Origin: Squalus acanthias
Taxonomy: Eukaryota
DNA length: 64,000 nucleotides
Direction of reading: 5' to 3'
Assembly (NCBI GenBank): GCA_030390025.1
Contig: CM059432.1
Span: 24,616,001-24,680,000, forward strand
Part shown: positions 25,081 through 36,214 of the stretch, piece by piece
Position numbering within the stretch: the stretch's first letter is position 1
Layout of the letters: each line of letters opens with the position of its first letter
Notes under the pieces: model-generated
Databases searched by the model: none
The model's input: only the letters and a program-made list of their open reading frames with translations
What the model was told of the DNA's origin: nothing
Made by a program: the position numbers and the translations under genes

Positions 25081-26944
25081 CTATTCACCCTTGTGCAATC
25101 CCTTAGTGCCTGTCCTTACAGTGCCTTTGCCTACTCTAGTACTCGTATGAAGTGTTGGCCCAGTGGTTGCAGCAGGGCTGGTGGAAGGTTGCTTAGTGTC
25201 CTTGCGGGAGACTTCAGATGGCCTTGCAGGACACCCTGGACCAGCTCTGGACCAGGAAGGCCTGGTTGTAGACTGCACCACCTCAGCATGGGTGGCAGTA
25301 GTCTGGGCTGGCTGGATGACAGGCAGCGACAAGGGCAGTGGCGGAGTGCCAGTGGTGAGAGCAGGAATGCTGTCATCCTGAGAGAGGACAGCAGGTTCCT
25401 GCTCCACTGACCCGATGCCACTCCCCCGGGGCAGCACCTCAGCATCCCTAGCAATCTGTTGGAGCACAGATTTCTGGCCTGCTGCGACACTGTGAAAGCC
25501 CCAGTCGACGGTGGTAGACCCAGCCACGATGGAAGCAGTCAGAGCTTGCGTGGCATCTAGCTGAGACTGCATGAGAGCAGTCTGAGATTGGATGCCATCA
25601 AGCATAGACTCCATTACAGCATTAAGACATTGTGTCGCTTCCGCAATGGAAGCTGTCAGATCGCCCATTACATGCCCAGGTCTGGGTCACCACAGTCTCT
25701 CTGGGAGTCTACCATCCTTTGCAGACTGAAAATGATGGGCTCCATGTTGTGCGCAGGTCCTTGTGCAATGTTGGAGGTGGACTCCTCCATGCTCCTTACC
25801 ATTGCCAGGAGGCTCTCGGGCACCTTTGCTATTGCACCTATCATTTCCATGTGCATGCCCATCACCCTGCTTCTAAAGGCCTCCCCATCGAGGTCCTCAT
25901 CTGAGTCCTGTGCAGCAGAACTCGCGCACAAACTCGCCCTCCAAGGAGCTGTCCCCAGAGCTACCCTTTCCCCCTGGCCTTGCTGCAGCCCACTTGTCCC
26001 CGGTGCCTCACCCTGTGCAGATCCAACTACTATACTAGCCTCCAAAGGACGCATACTGCCAGTATCTGAGCTGGTGCCTGCGGGTGAGAGATGCAGTGAC
26101 GCGGTGTGTTATTCCTCCTCCTCTTCTCCCACCTCACTCTCTATGGTGCCCTCAGGGACAGGCTGCTCAGGTGCTTGCTGATTATCTGAAATCATAAAGG
26201 CACAAGAGTCGGGTTCAGGTGAGGGGAGGGGGCAGGAAAGGAGAAATGCATGCATATACAGCATGATTAGCTGGGAAGTGCGAAAGGCATGTGGGGTGAG
26301 GGAGAAGTGGGATGTGAGAAGAACGAGTCAACGTCACCAGTGGCCGCGGCGCCCACCACCTGGTGCCCAATGATTTGCAGCACTCGATTCTCTGGTACAG
26401 ACAGTGGTTGGGTGTCGGCTTGTCCCACGCCTGTGCACTCCTGCTCCCTCCTGTTGTGCGCCACCTTGGCCTGCAAGAGAAAGGAAAGTATGTGAGTGAG
26501 TGAGTGTGGAGCAATGTATTTGGGTGATGTGCCTGCCATAGTTGAATAGCTGTCATTGTGTGCAAGGTGTGAGATGTGGGTGTGAGAGTTGATAAGTAGA
26601 GATTGTTGGTGGGTGTGTGCTGGGGGTTTGGTGCTTTGGGTAGTGTGTGAAGCTTGTGGTACAGATGGTCGTATGTAGCATTTGTTGAAGCATTCACTAA
26701 CCCTGACCACTCGAGTGAGGTCATTAAACTTCTTCCTGTACTGTGTGTGGGTCCTGGGGACCACAGTGCTGCCCGAGACGTGCTGCGCTACATCCCTCCA
26801 CATGGTGCAGAAGACTTGTGGTGAGGGCCTCCTGCCACTTGCCGGGTAGAACACTGCCCTCCGTCTCTCCACAGCGAAAACCAATGCCTCCAATGCTTCA
26901 TCAGAGAATCTGCGGTCTCTCTCCCTGGGGTGTGGACCTGCCAT
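25081..26944 (-). pseudogene. Harbinger Myb/SANT-like DNA-binding protein gene (NAIF1/MSANTD-like), spliced and disrupted
   Basis: Exon 1 26944-26702 (RFSDEALEALV...WRDVAQHVS....RTHTQYRKKFNDL). GT-AG intron 26701-26471. Exon 2 from 26470 (AKVAHNRREQECTGVG). Exon 3 from 26185 has a premature TAA near 26110 and a frameshift near 25668. Confidence 0.85.
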
Positions 26945-27589
26945 GAGCACACCTGGTTCAGTCCTCTGAGTCCTTCTCCTTGTTCTGCTTTTGCTTGCTG
27001 AGGCAACTGCACAACCAGCAGTGCTGAGAATGAGCTGCTGCAGCATCAATGAACCTCCCCTTTAAGTAGTGAAAAAAGCCTTTGGCAATGATGAGTTGCG
27101 ATTAGACTGCACCCGAAATTGGTCAAGCCTTTAAGGGTAACGCCAATGAGCTTGGGTTTTAAGACTTGATTTAAAATTATTTTATTGAGCAGTGAGGATG
27201 AATTTTGCGTGCAGTCTGAAGCATTTGCTCCTGGTGCTTATTCTCCAACTTTTCTACTGACACCGCCCATTCCTTGGCTATAACAAATTTTTAGCCCCCC
27301 GTGTCCTTTGTACTCTCCCCAACTACATGAAGAATCTTTTGTCCTATAAAATGTTGAATGGATAGTTGTTGATAAAGAGCAGACCTCCATTTTTGAACAG
27401 GTATGTGTACAATGTCAGGCAGAAATATCAACTAACAGGTATGAAGTGTAAAATTGATACAGTTTTGCACGGATCATAACAAATAGCAGGAAAGATTAAT
27501 TTAATTAGACAGGCTTGTTGTTTTATTTGCCCCAGTATTTTTAATTCCTATCTTTAGCTTTCTTGATACTAAACACCCATTCCAAGGTA

Positions 27590-28050
27590 TGGTATGGTAA
27601 TGCAGCTATTATTTTACTGAACTAGTAATCTAGTGCCCTGGACAAATAAAGCAGAGAAAGTAAGTTCAAATTCTACCAGGGCAGTTTGCGAATTTGAATT
27701 CAGTTTTTAAAAATCTGGAAATAAAAAGCTGGTATTCATAAAAATGACTACAGAGTTGTCAGATTGTCGTAGAAAGGCAATTGGTTCACTAATGTCCTTT
27801 AGGGTAGGAAACCTGCCGTCCTTATCCAGTCTGGCCTATATGTGACTCCAGTCCCACACCAACACGGTTAACTCTTAACTGACTTCTGAAGTGGCCGTGC
27901 CAGCCATTCGGTGGTATCAAACCATTACAGCATTGTGGGAGTTCTTTCACCACATGGACTGCAGCAGTTTAAGACGAAGGACCACCACTGCCTTCTCAGG
28001 GAAACAAGGGTTGGGCAGTAAATGCTGGCCTTGCCAGTGACGCCCACAAT
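27590..28050 (+). mobile_element. tRNA-like SINE with a LINE-derived tail
   Basis: B-box-like GTTCAAATTC. Tail gggcagtaaatgctggccttgccagtgacgcccaca is shared (inverse) with about 17230-17275 and 11950-12050. Confidence 0.65.
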
Positions 28051-28426
28051 TTTTTAAATAAAAAGTAAGATTTCATGCAGCTAAGATGTTCCTAAATGTC
28101 TGCCTAGTTCTGCTCTCGAACTGAATGTGAGGGAGAGCTCACCAAGAAGGCAACCCGTTCATCTCATGTTCCTTCTTTTCCTATGGGGAACGTAGCGAGG
28201 TTCTGGTGGAAACCAGCAAATTTTCTATGACAAACCCAGCACAATGTAGCCATTGGTGCAACAAAACTTAAAATCTACATGTCTTTTCCATTTGACTGGC
28301 CTTCGAGGTTGGTATTAAGCCAATCAGATCAAAGATATTCCATCTTCAAAATGGATGGGTGGCAGTAGGGAGGCAGGCGAGTGAAAGATTTTAAACTTAA
28401 AAAGGGTTTAGAATAGACAGGAACAG

Positions 28427-29164
28427 TGGCCTAGAAATTTGATTGTGCCTGAATAAAGCCGGTGGCATGACCACGGGAAATTGGTCTGTCGGCCTCATTT
28501 GTTTCCGATCAATGAGCAGCGGGCAGCGGGCAGCGGGCAGCAGTCGCGTCCCCAGAGACGGCTCGCCGGTCTCGGGAAGCACGAAGATGGGCCAGCTCAG
28601 ACGCCGACCAAGGTGGTAAACAGAGTCTGGGCAGGGGTGGGGCAATCGTGAGGCGGGGAGCAGTGGCCAGCAGTGGCTGGAGAGTTTAATGTGAGGCCGA
28701 TCAAGCTCCCTTTATCGGATACAATAGCAAAAGACTGCGGATGCTGGAAATCTGAAGGGTCCTCGACCCGAAATGTTGACTCTGTTTCTCTTTCCTCGAT
28801 GCTGCCTGACCTGCTGAGTGTTTCCAACATTTACTGTTGTTATTCCCTTTATCGGACGTTGGTTTGGCCCCCAAACGCGTGCGAATACTGACCACAGCAT
28901 GTATGGCACATGCAGCAGTCAATCACTAAAGAATTTTGTAAAGGCGGCGTGAAATAGGCATCGGACCCCTATTTGCATTTGTAAAGTAATAACACCCGTT
29001 GCTGGCGTGAGCCCTGGATGCATACATAAGGAACCTTTACCAATATGGCGTGCAGCACACTTCCGGCGCAGAATCTGCGCGTGCACACCGCCTGCCATAT
29101 TGGGCACTTAGATGCCCATTTTGCGCCTGTAAAATGGGCGTGGCAGCAACAAATTTCAAGGCCC
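28427..29164. mobile_element. Harbinger-type MITE containing a retroposed insert
   Basis: TIRs GGCCTAGAAATTTG / CAAATTTCAAGGCCC. TSD not matching. Confidence 0.7.
28720..28843. mobile_element. 124-bp Penelope-derived insertion with internal inversion
   Basis: 13-bp TSD TCCCTTTATCGGA (28707-28719, 28844-28856). The two halves match opposite strands of 31741-31875. Confidence 0.8.
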
Positions 29165-30166
29165 ATGTTTATTAGTTTGAAAAAGAGCAACTTAAAAAAG
29201 GGAGCGAATAAGACAGGGGGAAAACAAAGGGCGGGGGGCGGGGGAATAAGGACAACAGGATGAGCACATGTTTTGTTCTGAGATAAAATTATGTTTCAGG
29301 TGTTTAATATTAGTATTTGTTCCAGTGTCACAGTACATGAGCTGAACACTAGGAGACAGGTATTTTCCTATGCCAGCTGCAGTGTAAGGGTTAATGTAAT
29401 GCAGTGAGGTACACTGTCTATCTCACTCTGTGGATCCTGTTCACTTCTGCCTCTCTCACACAAATACATTCCCTGTCCTGCAGTTTACCAGCATTTCATC
29501 TTTTCCTGACCACCTTTGTATATTCAGTTAAATTCACATACAATAGGAATTTACTTGTATAGGGAAGCAAAGATATAAATGCCCATGGCCCTGAACCTCC
29601 TACCTATCTGATCAGAGGGATATTTAGTAGCAAGTGGCGCGTGTGTAAGCTTTAAAAAGCAGAAAGCATTAAATATAGAAATCGTTTGATGAATGATGGC
29701 ATAATTCAACTAAGGTTAGATAAAATAGTGATGTAGCAACAGAAACAGGAGAGAAGGATATTTGCAATACTCAACGCGGGCGAGATGGAATCAACCATTA
29801 ATGGAATAATCTAATTCTGTACACCACTGCACTCAGTTACTGATGGCATCAAACTGCACTTCCATGTTGTACTTTTCTGACAATTCTAGCACACACATAA
29901 TCCATTAGAATGTCTGTGAAGCTGGATAGATCAAGGGGAGCAGGGAATACAGAAATCTGACCCGATAACTGTAATCCGTACTCACCCGAGCTCAGGTGAT
30001 CTCTTATTTATTTCTCAAACATTACAACTGTGGGTCTAATATTGAACAATAAAAATGCTTTTGCACATAGTTCCTATCCTATTTAATATTATAGGACAGC
30101 ATTTTAGGATTATTTTGTGAATTGATTGCACTTTAAATAAATGTTCCTAAACTCTCCCTTTGTTAA

Positions 30167-31560
30167 GAACATAAGAATATAAGAAATAGGAGCAGGAGTA
30201 GGCCATACATAGGAACATAGGAACAGGAGTAGGCCATTCAGCCCCTCGAGCCTGGTCCACCATTCAATGAGATCACGGCTGATTTGCGACCTAACTCCAT
30301 ATACCCGCCATTGGCCTATATCCCTTAATACCATTGGTTAACAGAAAGCTATCAATCTCCAATTTATAATTAACAATTGATCTAGCATCAATTGCCGTTT
30401 GCGGAAGAGAGTTCCAAACTTCTACCACCCTTTGTGTGTAGAAGTGTTCCCTAATTTCACTCCTGAAAGGTCTGCCTCTAATTTTTAGACCATGCCCCCT
30501 AGTTCTAGAATCCCCAACCAATGGAAATAGTTTCTCTCTATCTACCCTATCTGTTCCCCTTAATATCTTGAAAACTTTGATCAGATCACCCCTTAACCTT
30601 CTAAATTCTAGGGAATACAACCCTAATTTGTATAATAAACATATGGGCCCTCGAGCCTGCTGCACCATTCAATATCATGGCTGAACTTTTATACCATTTC
30701 CATTTTCCCGCCCTATCCCCATATCCCTTGATTGCCTCAGTACCCCAAAATCTATCGATCTCAGTCTTGAATATACTCATCGACTTAGCATCCCCAGCCC
30801 TCTAGGGTAGAGAATTCCAAAGATTCAAAACCCTCTGAGAGAAGAAATTTCTCCTCATCTGTCTTAAATGGCCAACCCTTTATCCTGAGACTATGACCCC
30901 TGGTTCTAGACTCTCCAGCCAGGGGAAACATCCCCTCAGCATCTACCCTGTCAAGTCCTCTAAGAATGTTATACATTTCAACGAGATCACCTCTCATTTC
31001 TAAACACCAGTGAATATTGGCCCATTCTACTCAATGTCTCCTCATAGAACAGCCCACTCATCCCAGGAATCAATCTAGTGAACCTTGGTTGCACCCCTCT
31101 AAGGCAAGTATATCCTTCCTTAGGTAAGGAGACCAAAACTGTGTACAGTACTCCAGGTGTGGTCTCACTAAAGCCCTATATAATTGCAGCAAGACTTCCT
31201 TATTCTTATACTCCAACCCCCTTACAATAAAGGCTAACATACCATTTGGCTTCCCAATTGCTTGCTGTACCAGCATGTTAACTTTCTGTGATTCGTGTAC
31301 AAGGACACCCAAATCCCTCTGAATCCCAACATTTGCTATTCTTGCACCTTTTTAAAAAATATTCTGTTTTTCCATTCTTCCTACCAAAGTGGATAATTTC
31401 ACACTTCCCCACATTATACTCCATCTGCCACCTTCTTGCCCAATCACTTAACCGGCCTATATCCCTTTGCAGCCTCTGCATCCTCGTCACAGCTTACTTT
31501 CCCACCTAGCTTTGTATCATCAGCAAACGTGGATACATTACACTCGGCCCTCTCATCTAA
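30167..31560 (-). mobile_element. CR1 LINE fragment with a second CR1 3' end nested at about 30206-30636
   Basis: FADDTK, RPHLEYCTQFWSP, two separate RGDLI...WNSLP tails and two tandem 3' tails. Confidence 0.92.
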
Positions 31561-31740
31561 GCCACGAGTAGTTTTTGAGAAATGTATGTTTATGGTGCAC
31601 TCTTCTAATGGTGTCATGGGTTGAATCTGATTCTGTTGCCATTAAATGTTCAAATGATGACATCATTTATTAGAGCCGTTCAAATGAAAATAGGGGCCCA
31701 ATATACGTATCAATGTCATGTCAAGATTTTAAACCCAGGA

Positions 31741-32205
31741 CACAATAGCAAAATACTGCGGATGCTGGAAAACTGAAATAACAACAGAAAGCGCTGGAAA
31801 AACTCAGCAGGCCAGGCAACATCCGTGGAGAGAAACAGAGTTAATGTTTCAGGTCGAAGACCCTTCGTCAGAACTGAGAAAAAAGCAGGAAATTAAACAG
31901 ATAAAAAAGCAAGTTTGGAGGCTGGGGCAGGGAATAAAAGAACAAAAGGGAAGGTCTGTGAGAAGTAAAGAGACGTTAAGAGATACACAAGGCGAGACGA
32001 GATGGTAATAGGACAGGTTAAGAAACAAAAGATGGCTCAGAAGTGTGAAATGCGCTGGCAGGATGAAAGACAGCTGCCATGTGGGAGAGAGAGAAAAAAA
32101 AAGGAAAAAGGCACAAACCAAAAGGAGGGATAAAAATGGTAGGGGCCGAGGTTATGATCTGAAATTGTTGAACTCGATATTGAGTCCGGAAGGCTGTAAA
32201 GTGCA
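31741..32205 (-). mobile_element. 3' end of a Penelope-like element (GIY-YIG C-terminus, 3' UTR, terminal repeat)
   Basis: The minus strand encodes TLQPSGLNIEFNNFRS*, the typical TL.P.GLN end of Penelope ORFs, followed by a terminus with a hammerhead core. Confidence 0.8.
31839..31875 (-). ncRNA. Minimal type I hammerhead ribozyme motif (slightly degenerate)
   Basis: AGUU-CUGACGA-agGGUC uuc GACCu-GAAA-CA-U-U-AACU: both conserved core boxes, stem II, stem I (AGUU/AACU). Stem III is CA rather than palindromic CG. Confidence 0.65.
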
Positions 32206-33246
32206 GGAACCTGTCAGCTGTTGGATTTCATATTTAACATGTGCCTCAATAGCTCAGTGGTCCTGAGCCATAAAGACAAGAAAGATCCCATGTTCAGTGT
32301 CTGCTATTTTGCTCAATTAATTGCCTCAGCCAGGGCAGTGGTGGGATGGTACAATTGGCCTCATTCACCGTGAGCTGGGAAAGCAAAAGTTAGCAAAAGT
32401 TTCTACTCTTGGTCACTGACTAGTGACAACAGTGTGTGTATGTGCGCCTCAACATTGGCTGAGGCTATGATCAGACTTAGCTGTGATGCCTTTCACAGTC
32501 AAACAACTCATAATGCTCACATACATCCAGCTTACATGGCCGAGATACCAGAGGGCTGTTTGCACCCATGGAACCATCCCGTAGCATGACTCGTTGCTTT
32601 TAGGAGGTGAGGAAAGAAAATAAGGGGAGAGGATAAAAATATATCCTGGTCTGTAGTGCTGCAAAGATGAATGTCTGTCACCATTACCATGTTATTGATA
32701 GATCAGTAACAGTGAGAGGGAAAGGCTTCCCATGAAATATTAATCAGTCCATCAGAGGAAGGAGCAGCCAATCTGGTGTGTATAAAAAGAGATGATTGGA
32801 AAGTGGCAAGAGACCAGCTTTAGGTATAATAGCCCTGATGTTGCAAGGCTGTGGAGGTGATGTAGAGACTTGTTGCTGAAATCACATTTTGTGGCAAAGA
32901 AACTGGCCCGAGTTCAGCAGTATGAAAATGACATGAATTGGCCCTACACCAGATTTCATATTTTTCCCAGACCCAGAGCACAACTCCCTCATATAAAATG
33001 GGCATATAGATAATGTATTGGCCTGGTCTACAGAAATAAGCTGCTTAAAGCTGACTATGACTCTGAAAAGTTGCTTTAAAATTTGTAGTGATTTTTGAGT
33101 GAATATTGCTTTCTGGATTTTCCTCAGTGCACTCATTTCCGTTGTGGTGGAGGGCTGAAGTTTTATAACGGGAAAACTTTTATTTGGCAATGGTTTTCCT
33201 ACAGTACTTTTAACTTGCACGCTTGCACTTTAATTTGTAGAAAGAA

Positions 33247-35040
33247 AGTTGTTTAAAAAGGGAGAAAGGGATAGATCGAATAATTACAGGCCAGTCAGCC
33301 TAGCCTCGGTGGAGGGCAAATTATTAGAAAAAATTCTGAGGGACAGTATTAATTGTCATTTAGAAAGGTGTGGATTAATCAAGGACAGTCAGCATGGAAT
33401 TTTTAAGGGAAGGTCGTGTCTGACTGATTTGATTGAATTTTTTGAGGAGGATCAATGAGGGTAGCGTATTTGATGTAGTCTACATGGATTTTAGCAAGGC
33501 TTTTGACAAGGTCCCACATGGCAGACTGGCCAGAAATGTAAAAGCCCATGGGATCCAAGGGAAAATTGCTACTTGGATCCAAAATTGGCTCAGTGGCAGG
33601 AAGCAAAGGGTAATGGTCGACGGGTGATTTTGTGACTGGAAGGTTGTTTCCAGTGTAGTTCCGCAGGGCTCAGTACTTGGTCCCATGCTTTTTGTGGTAA
33701 AAATCAATCATTTAGATGTCAATGTAGAGGGCATGATTAAGAAGTTTGCAGAAGATACAGAAATTGGCCGTGTGGTTGACAGTGAAGAAGAAAGCTGTAG
33801 ACTGGAGGATTACACAAATTAGGGTTGTATTCCCTAGAATTTAAAAGGCTAAGGGGTGATCTGATCGAAGTTTTCAGGAAATTAAGGGGAACAGATAGGG
33901 TAGATAGAGAGAAACTATTTCTGCTGGTTGGGGATTCTAGGGGGCATAGTCTAAAAATTAGAGCCAGATCTTTCAGGAGTGAAATTAGGAAACACGTCTA
34001 CACACAAAGGGTGGTAGAAGTTTGGAACTCTCTTCTGCAAACAGCAATTGATGCTAGATCAATTGTTAATTTTAAATCAGAGATTGATAGCTTTTTCTTA
34101 ACCAAAGGTATTAAGGGATATGGGCCAAAGTTAGGTCGCAGATCAGCCATGATCTCATCGAATGGCGGAATAGGCTCGAGGGGCTGAATGGCCTACTCCT
34201 GTTCCTGTGTTCCTATGTTCCAATGGACTGGTCAGGTGGGCAGAAACGTGGCAAATGGAATTAAATCCAGAGAAGTGTGAAGTAATGCATTTGGGGAGGG
34301 CTAACAAGGCAAGGGAATACACAATAAATGATAGGATACTGACAAGTGTAGAGGAATGGAGTACATGTCCACAGAACCCAGAAGGTAGCAGGACAGGTAG
34401 ATAAGGTGGTTAAGAAGGCATACGGGATACTTTCCTTTATTAGCCGAGGCATAGAATATAAGAGCAGGAAGGTTATGCTAGAACTGTGTAAAACACTAGT
34501 TAGGCCACAGCTATAGTACTGCGTACAGTTCTGGTCACCGCATTACAGGAAAGACGTGATTGCACTAGAGAGGGTACAGAGGAGATTTACAAGGATGTTG
34601 CCAGGACTGGAGAATTTTAGCTATGAGGAAAGATTGGATAGGTTGGGGTTGTTTTCTTTGGAACAGAGGAGGCTGAGGCGAGACTTAATTGAGGTGTATA
34701 ACATTATGAGGGGCCTAGATAGAGTGGATAGGAAGGACCTATTTCCCTTAGCAGAGAGGTCAATAACCAGGGGACATAGATTTAAAGTAATTGGTAGAAG
34801 GATTAGGGGGAGTTGAGGAGAACATTTTTCACCCAAATGCTGGTGGGAGTCTAGAACTCACTGCCTGAAAGGGTGGCAGAGGCAGAAACCCTAATCACAT
34901 TTAAGAAGTACTTGGCTCTGCACTTGAAGTGCTGTAACCTGCAAGGCTATGGACCAAGAACTGGAAAGTAGAATTAGGCTGGATAGCTCTTTTTCGGCCG
35001 ACACAGACACGATGGGCCGATTGGCCTCCTTCTGTGCTGT
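33247..35040 (+). mobile_element. CR1 LINE (RT to 3' tail) with a nested CR1 3' end at about 33805-34220
   Basis: NYRPVSLASV, YMDFSKAFDKVPH, PQGSVLGP, ALERVQRRFTRMLPG, and a TTCTATGA tail. Confidence 0.93.
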
Positions 35041-35194
35041 AAATTTCTATGATTCTATGATAAAGAAAGAGAATGAAATTGAATGGGCCACAGTAGTGTG
35101 TACAGATTTGGGCACCCCATATTAGAAAGGACAGTGAAGCCATAGAGATCATACATTGTGATTCATCAGGATGATCCCTGGGGTAAGAAACTAT

Positions 35195-36087
35195 GGGGGA
35201 AAAATTCAGTTGGTTGCGCCTCCCGTTAGCGCCTTAAGAGGGCGCTAATGGGGCGCAAAGCATCTAGCGCCCAGGCGCGGCGAAGTTTGCGCCACTCGCG
35301 AAATTAACTAGACATTTTGCGGTGGCGCTAAACACTACCGCCACGATCTCCTGCGCCGGCAGATCATGACGTCACTCGAGTGTGCAACGCCGCGGTATCG
35401 CCCCGGAGCGGATATTGAGTGGCGCCCCCTGCCTTACCGCCTGACGCTAGCAACGACAGGTTGAGGGGAGCGTTCTGCAGTCATGAAGGGAAAGGGGGAG
35501 CGCTATTTAAAGGTGACCGCTTCCTGCCTTTTATTGTTGGTGCCATTTTTGAACTACGCATTCTGAGAGAGAGAGGGAGAGACTTCTGGAGAGATTCAAC
35601 GTTGTGTGAAGGAGTTTTGGGTACTGAGCAGCACCTTGCAGGTTCATTTTGATTTGCCTTTCCTTGTATCGATTTAGCAGAGACTGTGGGGGCTGCACTC
35701 TGAGCTCTTTGCCTGGTACTCTCCATTGTTCTTTCCAGCACATTTGATCTGCAGGTCTCTCCAGGCTGAGATTCAAAGCTGCAATGAGCAGGATGTGGAT
35801 GGAAAGCAAGATTAACCATCCCCTTTAAGAACTGGCCCGTGCCATTGTGCGTGTGTTCCATTGCTGACTGACATTACATGAGCTTCGCCAGCGCTCTGAG
35901 GTAGCGCCTCGCTCCTCGGCCTTTGTGCCTTAAGACAGGTGTGAAGCGCCTGATATAGCGCTGCAATCACCTCCAGGGGCGATAAAAGTCAAGTTTGCAG
36001 TCGGTGGCGATAATTAGCGACAGGCGCTAATCTTTGCGCCCGGCCGATTATTGCGCCCCAAATGGGGCGATACTGAATTTCTCCCCC
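35195..36087 (+). mobile_element. 893-bp Harbinger MITE, copy 1
   Basis: 16-bp TIRs GGGGGAAAAATTCAGT / ACTGAATTTCTCCCCC, TSD TAT. Inserted in a CR1 fragment (about 35085-37500). Confidence 0.92.
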
Positions 36088-36214
36088 TATAGTTCTTAGG
36101 AGAGACTTGAGATACTGAAACTATTTCTACTGGAACAGAGAAGGGTAAGACTGAATTTCATAGAGTTTTTTATTATTATGAATAGTTTTGATAGAGAGAA
36201 TAGGGAAACATTAT

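Larger units (their letters stand above)
24141..27298. mobile_element. PIF/Harbinger DNA transposon, internally deleted (about 3.16 kb)
   Basis: TIRs GGGGAAAAAATTTGT / ACAAATTTTTAGCCCC, convergent transposase stub (+) and Myb/SANT gene (-). TSD imperfect, ends +/-1 bp. Confidence 0.9.

Noticed and set aside
25588..26181. 197-aa plus-strand ORF
   Set aside because: Antisense shadow of the Harbinger Myb gene exon 3.
29986..30040. Minus-strand exon-like segment with a GTGAGT donor
   Set aside because: Stops in all three frames and no supporting context.
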